From Candidatus Micrarchaeota archaeon (lineage in GTDB: Archaea; Micrarchaeota; Micrarchaeia; Anstonellales; Bilamarchaeaceae), in the NCBI GenBank assembly GCA_018304385.1, contig JAGVWJ010000002.1, forward strand, positions 1 to 43,830: a stretch of 43,830 nucleotides of DNA, given 5' to 3'. Below, one piece after another: positions 9,443-17,911 of the stretch (its first letter is position 1; each line of letters begins with the position of its first letter). Under the pieces are notes generated by a model that saw only the letters and a list, made by a program, of their open reading frames with translations, was not told the origin of the DNA and made no database searches. The translations under genes and the position numbers were made by a program.

Positions 9443-9589
9443 TTAATCAACGTATGCTCCGCTGCATTTCCAGAATAACAATGGGAAGAAAAGCCTTAGG
9501 AATATTGCACTACCTAAAACAGTTGCAACTATAAAGAACATTGCAATTGCGTAATCCCTTATTTTTCCGCTTTTATTTTCAGATGCCAT
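9443..9589 (-). CDS. Small membrane protein (48 aa, not in the ORF track)
   Basis: MASENKSGKIRDYAIAMFFIVATVLGSAIFLRLFFPLLFWKCSGAYVD*, preceded by a GGTGA RBS. Confidence 0.55.
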   Translation of the reverse strand: MASENKSGKIRDYAIAMFFIVATVLGSAIFLRLFFPLLFWKCSGAYVD

Positions 9590-9646
9590 ATTGTCACCAG
9601 ATGCTTATAACAAATAAGGAATAAATAAAACTCGAAATAGTTCTCC

Positions 9647-9661
9647 AAAAAGCGAACAAAA
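9647..9661 (+). repeat. Left copy of a 15-bp direct repeat flanking the RHH/PIN TA module
   Basis: aaaaagcgaacaaaa, identical to 10372-10386. Confidence 0.65.
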
Positions 9662-9734
9662 AGCAAAGAATTTAAAGAATCAGATAACACATAATTATTT
9701 AAATTATTTGTTTTAACATAAATATGGTGATTAA

Positions 9735-9956
9735 ATGGTTAATATAACTCTTTCGATACCTGCTGAGATTAAAAAAATGATGGAAACATACGAAGAAGTA
9801 AAATGGAGTGAGGTCGCAAGAAAGGCGATAATACAAAAACTTGCAGTGTTAAGAAAGCTAGATGAACTTAGCCAATCAAGCAAAATTACTGATAAAGACA
9901 TTGAGAAGATGGAACATGAAATAAAAAGAAAAGTAGCTAAGAAACACGGGATATAA
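9735..9956 (+). CDS. Ribbon-helix-helix antitoxin (VapB/CopG-like)
   Basis: MVNITLSIP.EIKK.M......KWSEVARKAI pattern; GGTGA RBS; abuts a PIN gene. Confidence 0.85.
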   Translation: MVNITLSIPAEIKKMMETYEEVKWSEVARKAIIQKLAVLRKLDELSQSSKITDKDIEKMEHEIKRKVAKKHGI

Positions 9957-10373
9957 ATGGACTTGGTTGTAGATACAAATATACTACTTGCTTGTTTTAA
10001 GCCAAACTCCGTTACGAGAAGATTAATTGCTATTGAAGATTTACATTTATTTACTACAGAATATCAGTTAATTGAGGTTAAAGAATATGTTGGCAAGATA
10101 GCTGACAAATACTCTCTTAGTGAATCCTTTATTGAAGAAACCTTTATGTTTTTGGAGGAACACCTTGAGATTGTTCCAAAAGAGGACTATCAAAATTTCA
10201 TTAGTAAGGTTGAGAACCTAATTTCAGATAAAGATGATTTGCCTGCTTTGGCACTAGCTGCTGCAAAAAACATTGCAGTTTGGTCAAATGATCCTCACTT
10301 TGAAGAGCAGGATAAGATTAAAGTTTATAAAACAAAGGAATTGATCGAACTAATAAAGAGAAGTGAGTTATAA
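9957..10373 (+). CDS. PIN-domain toxin (VapC-like)
   Basis: LVVDTNIL, D.DD.P.LALA, VWSNDPHF acidic PIN motifs. Confidence 0.92.
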   Translation: MDLVVDTNILLACFKPNSVTRRLIAIEDLHLFTTEYQLIEVKEYVGKIADKYSLSESFIEETFMFLEEHLEIVPKEDYQNFISKVENLISDKDDLPALALAAAKNIAVWSNDPHFEEQDKIKVYKTKELIELIKRSEL

Positions 10374-10386
10374 AAAGCGAACAAAA
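10372..10386 (+). repeat. Right copy of the 15-bp direct repeat
   Basis: aaaaagcgaacaaaa, identical to 9647-9661. Confidence 0.65.
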
Positions 10387-10394
10387 TCAAAACG

Positions 10395-10402
10395 TTTATA
10401 AA
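10395..10402 (+). promoter_or_regulatory. Putative TATA box driving the structured leader and ArsR-like gene
   Basis: TTTATAAA preceded by a purine-rich stretch, about 23 nt upstream of the first hairpin. Confidence 0.55.
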
Positions 10403-10424
10403 AGAAAAAAACAGATTTTATTTA

Positions 10425-10664
10425 TCCTGATCCTCCAAAAAAAGTCGGATCAGTCTGTTCACAACCAATAAAGTAACTTCCGTGGTTGTGACTAAGAACA
10501 AGCTTTGCCAGGATGACATTGAAATTTTTGCAAAAAAATAAATTTCAATACTTGACGCAATTTTTTGAATTTGCGTCAATGGCATAAAAATCCTGACAAG
10601 ATGCCCACGCAATTGTTGCCAAGAAAAAGAGGCAACAATCGGGAAACGTAGTTGGTTGTGAACA
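10425..10664 (+). promoter_or_regulatory. Highly structured ~240-nt leader / candidate cis-regulatory RNA
   Basis: Five perfect 7-10 bp stems, one 10-bp stem with a single mismatch, and a perfect 13-bp long-range complement (10456-10468 with 10652-10664). Confidence 0.6.
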
Positions 10665-11158
10665 TGGATTACATCCTAATTGATAGGCAAAAACTAAAGG
10701 CGCTGTTAAGCGAGAGCAGAATTACAATACTTAAACACCTTGCAAAGCGTCGCTACACTATAACAGAGCTTGCAGAAATGCTAAACACTACCAAAAGCAA
10801 TGTTGCAGATCATCTTGATAAATTAGAGGAAACGCAGCTCGTAGAGCAAATAGATGAAGGAAGGAAATGGAAGTATTATACGCTTACAACCGAAGGAAGG
10901 AGGGTGATTGAAGGCGGAAGCATTGCGAAACCAATAGCTATACTTCTTGTAAGCGCTTTCCTAATGACCATAGTTGCATTTAACATATTAACTACTATAA
11001 GCGAAAGTGCAAGGCTCGCCGCTTTGCAGCAGGTTGATAGCGAATTTAGTTTTATACCAAAGTTTGATATGATTGTAATGGTTACAGCAGAAATGGTTTT
11101 AGCAATAATTCTAATATGGTCGATTCTTGAATTCGTAAAATGTAGGGGCAGGATATAG
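10664..11158 (+). CDS. ArsR-family winged-HTH protein with two C-terminal transmembrane helices
   Basis: KALLSESRITILK.L..RRYTITELAE.L...KSNV..HL.KL.E..LV......RKWKYYTLT..G, followed by two hydrophobic segments. Confidence 0.85.
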   Translation: MDYILIDRQKLKALLSESRITILKHLAKRRYTITELAEMLNTTKSNVADHLDKLEETQLVEQIDEGRKWKYYTLTTEGRRVIEGGSIAKPIAILLVSAFLMTIVAFNILTTISESARLAALQQVDSEFSFIPKFDMIVMVTAEMVLAIILIWSILEFVKCRGRI

Positions 11159-11998
11159 ATGCGAGTAGATATAAAAATAATTTACGCAATTATTTTATTA
11201 CTAGTTATAATTGCAATAGACGCGCTATTTATCGAACCATATAGATTAATTATTACTGAAAACAATTTCGATTTGTTTGATGGTGCTGATACAAAAATAA
11301 GAATAATTCTTATTAGTGATATACATATTGGTTCGCAACGAGATGGTTATTTGGATGAGGTTGTAAATAAAATAAATAATTTGGAACCAGATATTATATT
11401 GATTGCGGGGGATAGTATTAATCATCATGAAATAGAATTATCAAGGCTCGCACCATTGAAAAAGCTTAGAACACGCTATGGTGCTTTTGCAGTTTTAGGA
11501 AATCATGATTATGGATGGTGGGGTTGTCCAATATCTCAGAACGAAATAGAAATGAGCAATAAGGTAGAAAAAAGAATTGAAGAGCTTGGCATAACAGTAA
11601 TGCGAAACGAAAATAAGATAATTGAAATAAATGGCAAGCGCTTTGCTCTTATTGGTTTGGATGACGTATGGGTATGCAAAAATGATTATAAAAAGGCAAG
11701 CGAAAATGTTAGCGATACCCTGCCTAAGATAATATTTATGCATAACAGCAAATCGATAGACCCGCAGCAAGTAACAGGAAAAAGCCTAATTCTAGCTGGG
11801 CATACACATTGCGGTCAAATAAGAATACCTTTTGTTACAGAGTCTTTGCTTGTGCAAGGCGAATTTGGGCATATTACTGGAGGTAAAGCTCAACTAGATA
11901 GCGATACTGAGATATATACCACGTGCGGCGTAACGCAAGGATCAATGAATATAAGATTCCTTACTAATCCAGAGATAAGCACGATCAGCATCGAATAG
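11159..11998 (+). CDS. Calcineurin-like metallophosphoesterase (YkuE/YaeI-like), N-terminal membrane anchor
   Basis: SDIHIG, AGD, LGNHDY, H and AGHTHCGQ motifs. Confidence 0.92.
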   Translation: MRVDIKIIYAIILLLVIIAIDALFIEPYRLIITENNFDLFDGADTKIRIILISDIHIGSQRDGYLDEVVNKINNLEPDIILIAGDSINHHEIELSRLAPLKKLRTRYGAFAVLGNHDYGWWGCPISQNEIEMSNKVEKRIEELGITVMRNENKIIEINGKRFALIGLDDVWVCKNDYKKASENVSDTLPKIIFMHNSKSIDPQQVTGKSLILAGHTHCGQIRIPFVTESLLVQGEFGHITGGKAQLDSDTEIYTTCGVTQGSMNIRFLTNPEISTISIE

Positions 11999-12065
11999 GC
12001 CAATTCGCAATCATCCAATTTCTCCAACAATACTGTTTTTAAGCCTTTCCTTTCAAAATCATATT

Positions 12066-12500
12066 ATGGTTTCAGAGTTACGAGTAGGAGACATTATGAC
12101 AAAACAGGTCGTTATAGCTAATATAAGTGACTCCTTAGACAAGGTAGCAAAGATTATGCAAAAACATAATATTGGCTCGGTTATAGTAGTCGATGAGAAG
12201 GCGCAAAAACACGCCAGAGGCATAATAACTGAACGCGATATTGTGCACAAGATAATCGCAAAGGGTAAAGATCCTTACAAAACAAAAGTAGAACAAGTGA
12301 TGAGCAAGCCATTGCGCGTAGTAAAGCCTGATACAGCATTGGAAGAGGCTGCACGTGCGATGAAGGATAACAAAATAAAGAGGCTACCTGTTGTTAATGA
12401 CGATAACGAGCTTATTGGTATTATAAGCGAAGGAGACATAATGCGCATATTCCCTGCGATTGTGGATATAATCGAGGAACGCGCAGCGCTTAATAAATAA
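12066..12500 (+). CDS. CBS-domain pair protein
   Basis: V.DIM...V; IGSVIVVD; GIITERDI; IKRLPVVN; GIISEGDI. Confidence 0.93.
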   Translation: MVSELRVGDIMTKQVVIANISDSLDKVAKIMQKHNIGSVIVVDEKAQKHARGIITERDIVHKIIAKGKDPYKTKVEQVMSKPLRVVKPDTALEEAARAMKDNKIKRLPVVNDDNELIGIISEGDIMRIFPAIVDIIEERAALNK

Positions 12501-12616
12501 TCATGATCATAATAATATGCTGTGCATGGATGGCGCCGGGAGATATAATCCGTGAACGTTGCGTCAACAATGCACAGTAAACTACTCTAATTTTGCGAAA
12601 CCAGGAGTAATAGTAG

Positions 12617-12862
12617 ATGCAATTCGAAGCAAAGGTAAAAACAAATTCAAGAAAGTTTGCAATAAGATACAAAAACGGTATTGTTATCCATGCAACGCAA
12701 AGGCCAATGCATAACAAAGTAAATATAGAGATTATCAAGGAGCTAAGCTGTATTTTCAATAGGCGGGTATGGATAAAGGCAGGTATGCAAAGTCATAACA
12801 AGATTATTGAGGTAGACGGTGATGAAAACGAGATCTTGGAAAGACTGCAATCTATCGTTTAA
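12617..12862 (+). CDS. DUF167 (YggU-like) protein
   Basis: KVKTNSRK...I.....P..NK.N.EIIKELS..F...V.I..G..SH.KIIEV; AGGAG RBS. Confidence 0.75.
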   Translation: MQFEAKVKTNSRKFAIRYKNGIVIHATQRPMHNKVNIEIIKELSCIFNRRVWIKAGMQSHNKIIEVDGDENEILERLQSIV

Positions 12863-12878
12863 GCGATTAGTGAGAATC

Positions 12879-13214
12879 ATGGATGAGCTAAAAGAGAGTA
12901 TTGTATTTGTTGAAGGAAAAAAAGATCGCGAGGCGCTTGCAGCTATTGGCATAACAAATGTGCTTACAGTGGCTGGTAATTTGCGAACAGCTTGCAGTAA
13001 AGCAATTGACGCAAAGAGAGTGATAGTACTTACAGATCTCGATAGACGCGGTGATGAATTAGCAAAAAGGGCAGTTGAAGAGTTGCAGGGATATAGTATT
13101 AACGCAAACATAGAATATAGAAAAATATTAGGAGGTATACTTAATTTGAAATATTTCGAAGATATTGATAAAAAATATAAGAAATTTTTAGAGGAGTTAG
13201 AAAATAATAATTAA
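12879..13214 (+). CDS. Small Toprim-domain protein (RNase M5 / primase-like)
   Basis: IVFVEGKKDREAL and VIVLTDLDRRG Toprim motifs; start moved from 12819 to the ATG at 12879. Confidence 0.85.
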   Translation: MDELKESIVFVEGKKDREALAAIGITNVLTVAGNLRTACSKAIDAKRVIVLTDLDRRGDELAKRAVEELQGYSINANIEYRKILGGILNLKYFEDIDKKYKKFLEELENNN

Positions 13215-13227
13215 ATTGGTGATTCAA

Positions 13228-14511
13228 ATGGCAAAAACGTATATAGATACAGTAAAATATTTGGTATATGCAAATGTAGATATTGGTGGATTAGTGGAAA
13301 AACCAGATGTTGTTGGCGCAATATTTGGCCAGACTGAAGGGTTATTAGGGGATGAACTAGATCTAAGAGACCTACAGAAAAATGGAAGAATAGGAAGAAT
13401 AGAGGTTGACTTAAACGGCAAAGAAGGGAGAACTATTGGCATTATAAAAATCCCAAGCAGCTTAGACATGGTAGAAACATGCATAATCGCTGCTGCATTA
13501 GAGACAGTTGATAGAGTTGGTCCATGTGAAGCAAATATAAAGATAGGTAAGGTTGAGGATACTAGAAATGTAAAACGTAAAGTGCTAGTTGATAGGGCTA
13601 AGGGCTTACTCAAAACGCTAATCAATACTGAACTACCAGAAAGCAAAGAGATTTCTGAAATGGTAAGGGATGAGGTTAAAACAGCAGAGATAGTTGAGTA
13701 TGGATATGAACGATTGCCTGCTGGTCCAAACGTTGATAAAATGAATGAGGTCATGCTTGTTGAAGGTCGTGCAGACGTCATAAACCTGCTAAAGAATGAC
13801 ATAACAAATGCGGTTGCAATAGGCGGGGCAAAGGTACCACCAACAATTGTAAAGCTATCAAAAGAAAAGGAGATAACTGTATTCTTAGATGGCGACAGAG
13901 GCGGAGATATAATACTAAACGAGTTGATTCAAGGCGGCGTTGAAATAGATTTTATAGCGCGCGCTCCAACTGGCAAAGAGGTTGAAGAATTAACTCGTAA
14001 GGAGATTATAAAGTGTGTACGTGGTCGTATGCCATTTGAACAAGAAACAGAAGGACAGAATAAAAGAGAGGATAGAGACGCAAGAATCAAAAGGAAATTC
14101 GATCGTGCTGAAAGAAGAGAATACAATGATATCCAGGATGCAATTGCAACAGAGAAAATAACAGAAAAGGTAGCAGAAATCCAACCAATAATACATGAAA
14201 AAATGCAAGAGGCAAAAACACTGCAGGTTGACAAAAGTACTCTGATAAAAGAATTGGAAGAATTAAACAATACGCTACGCGCAAGATTTTATAACAGCGG
14301 TTATGAAAGAGTAAAGGAAATAGCTGTTAGAGATGTGATTAAAGCATTGGAAGAAACAAGAGATGTATCTGCAATAGTATTTGATGGGATAATTACGCAA
14401 CGATTAGTAGATTTAGCTGCACATCGTGGCGTTAAATTACTTGTAGGAATAAAGATTGGTAATGTAAATAAAACGCCAGAAGGAATAGAAATTATTACTA
14501 AAAGCAGGTAG
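13228..14511 (+). CDS. dnaG: Archaeal DnaG-type primase / exosome-associated protein
   Basis: GLVEKPDVVGAIFGQTEGLLG, DLRDLQKNGRIGRI, VEGRADV, FLDGDRGG; GGTGA RBS before ATG 13228. Confidence 0.95.
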   Translation: MAKTYIDTVKYLVYANVDIGGLVEKPDVVGAIFGQTEGLLGDELDLRDLQKNGRIGRIEVDLNGKEGRTIGIIKIPSSLDMVETCIIAAALETVDRVGPCEANIKIGKVEDTRNVKRKVLVDRAKGLLKTLINTELPESKEISEMVRDEVKTAEIVEYGYERLPAGPNVDKMNEVMLVEGRADVINLLKNDITNAVAIGGAKVPPTIVKLSKEKEITVFLDGDRGGDIILNELIQGGVEIDFIARAPTGKEVEELTRKEIIKCVRGRMPFEQETEGQNKREDRDARIKRKFDRAERREYNDIQDAIATEKITEKVAEIQPIIHEKMQEAKTLQVDKSTLIKELEELNNTLRARFYNSGYERVKEIAVRDVIKALEETRDVSAIVFDGIITQRLVDLAAHRGVKLLVGIKIGNVNKTPEGIEIITKSR

Positions 14512-14536
14512 CTATTAGCTTGTGGCAGGTGGCTTT
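14509..14536. repeat. Degenerate heptamer tract (4 units)
   Basis: tagctat tagcttg tggcagg tggcttt. Confidence 0.6.
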
Positions 14537-14671
14537 ACCAGTAGAAACATAAATTACATATAGGTTGTTGTAAAAGACTTTAAGGACGTGGTGGGCGAAT
14601 TCGTAGGCGCCAAAGTTTATGATGCAAATTATGAATGCTTAATCGGGAAGATGATAAATTGGACACAATAG
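14522..14671 (+). pseudogene. Relic of a C-terminal TRAM domain, MiaB/MtaB-like methylthiotransferase type
   Basis: Translates VAGGFTSRNINYI*VVVKDFKDVVGEFVGAKVYDANYECLIGKMINWTQ*, matching the R..NY..VVV....GEFV.(V)KI..A....LIG pattern; internal TAG at 14561; no upstream gene body. Confidence 0.55.
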
Positions 14672-15594
14672 AAGTAAAAGATCTAGAAGTATCTTATTCT
14701 GGTGGCAAAAAGAGTATCTCTAACTGCAGCTTTTCTATTTCATCTAGTGAGATATTTGGATTACTTGGGTTTAATGGAGCAGGAAAAAGCACTATCATAA
14801 AGGTTTTGTCTGGTGTGATAAAAAATTTCAGCGGAGAGGTTAAAATAACTGGTGAAAATATTAAAATTAATCCTGAAAAAAGTCACTCCTCTATTGCTTA
14901 TGTGCCACAGTTTCATTCTATGTTTGATGATTTTACAGTGAAAGAAAATATATTATTTTTTTGTAAGATGGAAGGGGTTGATTATGGGGAAATAGAAAAA
15001 ACTACCAATGCACTTCTTGAAGAATTTCAATTAAAAAGATTTGAAAATATTAAAGCTGGCATGTTATCGGGTGGTTACCGGCAACTTTTAAACATAGCTA
15101 TCTCTATGATTTTAGATAAGCCAATTGTAATATTCGATGAGCCTACCGCAGGCTTAGATCTATGGGCAAAGAGAAGAGTAATAGACTATATAAAAAATCT
15201 AAAACATAAAGGAAAAACAGTAATACTTACTACGCATGATTTACAAGATGCAGAACAACTCTGCGATAATGTCATAATCATATCCGATGGGATAGTAATG
15301 GCAAGCAGTAGCATGAGAAATCTTATCCAGAACCTTGGCGGGGATTATCTCATCAACGTATCACTAGAAAAACAAATAAATATAAAAAATCTAAAACTTG
15401 AATTTTCAAAATTAGTCAGTAGTACACAGGACCAAGTAGTTGTCTCTACAACTTCAAAAAATATTGCGTTTGCAATAAAGGAACTTATGTCAAGTATTGA
15501 AGATGCGGGCTTATCTATAACTGACTTTAAGGTAAAAGAACCAACACTTAGCGATGTATTCTCAAATATTGCATTTAAGGTGCAAGGCAAATGA
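14635..15594 (+). CDS. ABC-2 type transporter ATP-binding protein
   Basis: Walker A GFNGAGKST, signature LSGG, Walker B IFDEPT, H-loop TTH, DUF4162-like tail; true start may be the TTG at 14659. Confidence 0.93.
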   Translation: MLNREDDKLDTIEVKDLEVSYSGGKKSISNCSFSISSSEIFGLLGFNGAGKSTIIKVLSGVIKNFSGEVKITGENIKINPEKSHSSIAYVPQFHSMFDDFTVKENILFFCKMEGVDYGEIEKTTNALLEEFQLKRFENIKAGMLSGGYRQLLNIAISMILDKPIVIFDEPTAGLDLWAKRRVIDYIKNLKHKGKTVILTTHDLQDAEQLCDNVIIISDGIVMASSSMRNLIQNLGGDYLINVSLEKQINIKNLKLEFSKLVSSTQDQVVVSTTSKNIAFAIKELMSSIEDAGLSITDFKVKEPTLSDVFSNIAFKVQGK

Positions 15595-17423
15595 AATTCT
15601 TTGATGTATTTATTAATTATATTAGATTTACCTTGAAGCAGGGATCTACATCATTTCTCGTTATGGTATATCCCATTTTTCTTATCCTTATTATAGGAAC
15701 TGGCTTATCTATAACCAATCCAAATAAAATTAATGTCGCAGTTCTTGGATCAGATGAGATATTTAACATACTGGCGAGAGACAACTCCATAAATATCATT
15801 AAAGCAGATAATGTTGATAATCTTGAATGGCTAGTAAGAAGCAAAAAAGCAATCATGGGCATAGCCATAGAAAAAGAGGGTGATAGAAAAGTAATAAATG
15901 TTTTTATGGATTCTACGAAAAAGGCTGTCTTAAGCAACCTGCTTCTGCTTATAGATAAGGCAGTCAATGAAGAAAAGATTAAATCTGCTAACGACTTAAG
16001 TTCAATACAAAAAAAATTAGCACCAAAGCTAATAGAGATAAAGAATAAATATCAACAAATGGACACTGTTATAACAGAGATTACGGAAATACAAGAAAAA
16101 GCTGCAAGTATAGGATCTGAGCTAGACCAAAGCAAGACTGAATTATCTAATTATAATGAAGAGTTGCTTTCATATAAGTCAGGTTTGGGTAGCATAGATG
16201 ATTATAATCAAAAATTATCTGATTACGAATTACGCTTATCAGATATATTGAATGACGTATCAAACGCAGAAGCAGAGAGAAACAATCTAGTACTAAAAAT
16301 TAATGACCGCATCTACAAAATAAGTGGATACATCACAAAAACTAACACAGCCTTGAGCTATGTAAGAAATGCAAAATTATATACAACTGTGCCAATTGTT
16401 GTATCTAATCTTAACAAGATTGAAAATGAGATAACTAGTGTTAAAAGTGATCTTATTGAGGCACAAAACGATCTAATAGATATAAACAATGACCTCTCTA
16501 GAATAGATTTCTATCCGATTAAAAACGATATCTCAAACACAAAAAACGAGATAAGTACTACAAACTATCAATTAAGATCATTCAAAACAGAGGCTAATAC
16601 AAAAATAGATTCTATGCTATTAAAAGTAGCACAACTTGACAATAAGATATCTATATCGATAAATGAGCTAAAAGAATTTGAAGAAAAACTAAGTTTTACC
16701 AAAGCAGAAACATTCAGGGCAAAGGACCTTGTTAGTGAAATAATAAGACCACTAGATGATTTCATTGGTAAAAAGCCTGAAGAACTTTTGCCCCCTGAAA
16801 TAAATTCGTTCAGTGTTTTTAAAGATGAGAAAACAATTAATATGTTCTTCCCATCAATTATAGGAATTGATATGCTGTTAGCAAGTCTTCTATTACCTAT
16901 GATAATGAAAGTAAGAATGAAAGAACAAGGTGTGGAATTAAGGATGCTCAGAAGCAAAGCAAGTTCTATTTCTATTATACTTGGGGAATTTTTAGCAAAC
17001 TATGTGATGGGTCTTTTCCAATTGTTTGTCATTATTTTATTTGGAGTTGTACTATTTGAAGTTAGATTTGCTAGTTTTCTTGGCTTTTTGGGTGTTTTCT
17101 TTACAATACCGCTTGTTTTTGTCTCTCTTGGTTTAATGTTATCCCAAATTATAAACAGAAGTAGCACTGCTTTTCTTCTTTCTCTTTTAATAAGCATTCC
17201 GATGATATTTGTAAGTGGAACAATCATACCTATAGAATTTCTCAATCCACTTGTAGCGTTTTTTGGCTCGCTCACACCACTATATATATCAATAAATTTC
17301 TCAGAAAAATTAATCTTTAGAAATACCGGATTACTACAGGCGCTAGTTGATTATGGATATATCATATTTTTTACTTTGATCAATCTGACTATTGCAACAA
17401 TTATTTATAGATTAAAAAAATAG
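15591..17423 (+). CDS. ABC-2 permease with a long extracellular coiled-coil (YhgE/Pip-like architecture)
   Basis: N-terminal TM helix, ~300-aa heptad-rich region, C-terminal ABC-2 TM bundle (FVSGTIIP.EFL..., TPL). Confidence 0.85.
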   Translation: MKFFDVFINYIRFTLKQGSTSFLVMVYPIFLILIIGTGLSITNPNKINVAVLGSDEIFNILARDNSINIIKADNVDNLEWLVRSKKAIMGIAIEKEGDRKVINVFMDSTKKAVLSNLLLLIDKAVNEEKIKSANDLSSIQKKLAPKLIEIKNKYQQMDTVITEITEIQEKAASIGSELDQSKTELSNYNEELLSYKSGLGSIDDYNQKLSDYELRLSDILNDVSNAEAERNNLVLKINDRIYKISGYITKTNTALSYVRNAKLYTTVPIVVSNLNKIENEITSVKSDLIEAQNDLIDINNDLSRIDFYPIKNDISNTKNEISTTNYQLRSFKTEANTKIDSMLLKVAQLDNKISISINELKEFEEKLSFTKAETFRAKDLVSEIIRPLDDFIGKKPEELLPPEINSFSVFKDEKTINMFFPSIIGIDMLLASLLLPMIMKVRMKEQGVELRMLRSKASSISIILGEFLANYVMGLFQLFVIILFGVVLFEVRFASFLGFLGVFFTIPLVFVSLGLMLSQIINRSSTAFLLSLLISIPMIFVSGTIIPIEFLNPLVAFFGSLTPLYISINFSEKLIFRNTGLLQALVDYGYIIFFTLINLTIATIIYRLKK

Positions 17424-17909
17424 TTATTGATAAACATACACATCAAAAGTAGCAAGCTCTTCGGTATTAGTTAATCCATTTAATATAGTAACAATACGGC
17501 GGACCTTTGCAATTTGATCTGCATCTACAGCTGTAATATCGCTGCCTATGGCAGGCGCATTATTTACGAACACGCTTACATTAAATGGTGTTGAAAATTT
17601 ATCTTTTAACTGGGTTTGTGTGAGCGTTTTTGCGCAATCAAACTTGGTTTTATTTATCCTTCTGTCTTGCCAACCCATAGAGAGACCTAACTGCTTATGG
17701 GCAGCACTATTACATGCAGCGCCCTCGGGATAACCAGGCGTTAACATAATATCACTTATGCGAAGCGCCTCTTTTGCAAAATCATTTGTTTGTGAATTTA
17801 ACGCAGTTCTGGTGCTATGCCAGTAAGAAAGCAAAGTAAAAAGCGCAAGTATAAACATCACACTGGCGACAATTGCATCAAAGCTGAAGTACTGGCCTTT
17901 TAATTTCAT
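17424..17909 (-). CDS. Type IV pilin-like protein (class III signal peptide)
   Basis: MKLKG|QYFSFDAIVASVMFILALFTLL. Confidence 0.75.
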   Translation of the reverse strand: MKLKGQYFSFDAIVASVMFILALFTLLSYWHSTRTALNSQTNDFAKEALRISDIMLTPGYPEGAACNSAAHKQLGLSMGWQDRRINKTKFDCAKTLTQTQLKDKFSTPFNVSVFVNNAPAIGSDITAVDADQIAKVRRIVTILNGLTNTEELATFDVYVYQ

Positions 17910-17911
17910 AT

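Noticed and set aside
10457-10492. 36-bp palindromic unit resembling a CRISPR repeat (gttcacaacc...ggttgtgac)
   Set aside because: Only one full copy, no regular spacers and no cas genes in the window; treated as part of the structured leader.
10418-10612. 64-aa minus-strand ORF over the structured leader
   Set aside because: No motif, atypical composition, and it coincides with dense inverted repeats; likely spurious.
10600-10648. cccacgcaattgt...gggaaac resembling a cobalamin riboswitch core
   Set aside because: The upstream GGGAA/GGTGNAANTCC elements and the downstream AGCCAG/ACCTGCC elements are missing.
11998-12030. Weak CCAA/GCAA periodic run after the metallophosphoesterase gene
   Set aside because: Phase is not maintained over enough units to count as a heptamer element.
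12503-12580. 25-codon ORF MIIIICCAWMAPGDIIRERCVNNAQ and the opposite-strand 89-aa ORF at 12490-12759
   Set aside because: No RBS or motif; the 89-aa ORF shadows DUF167.
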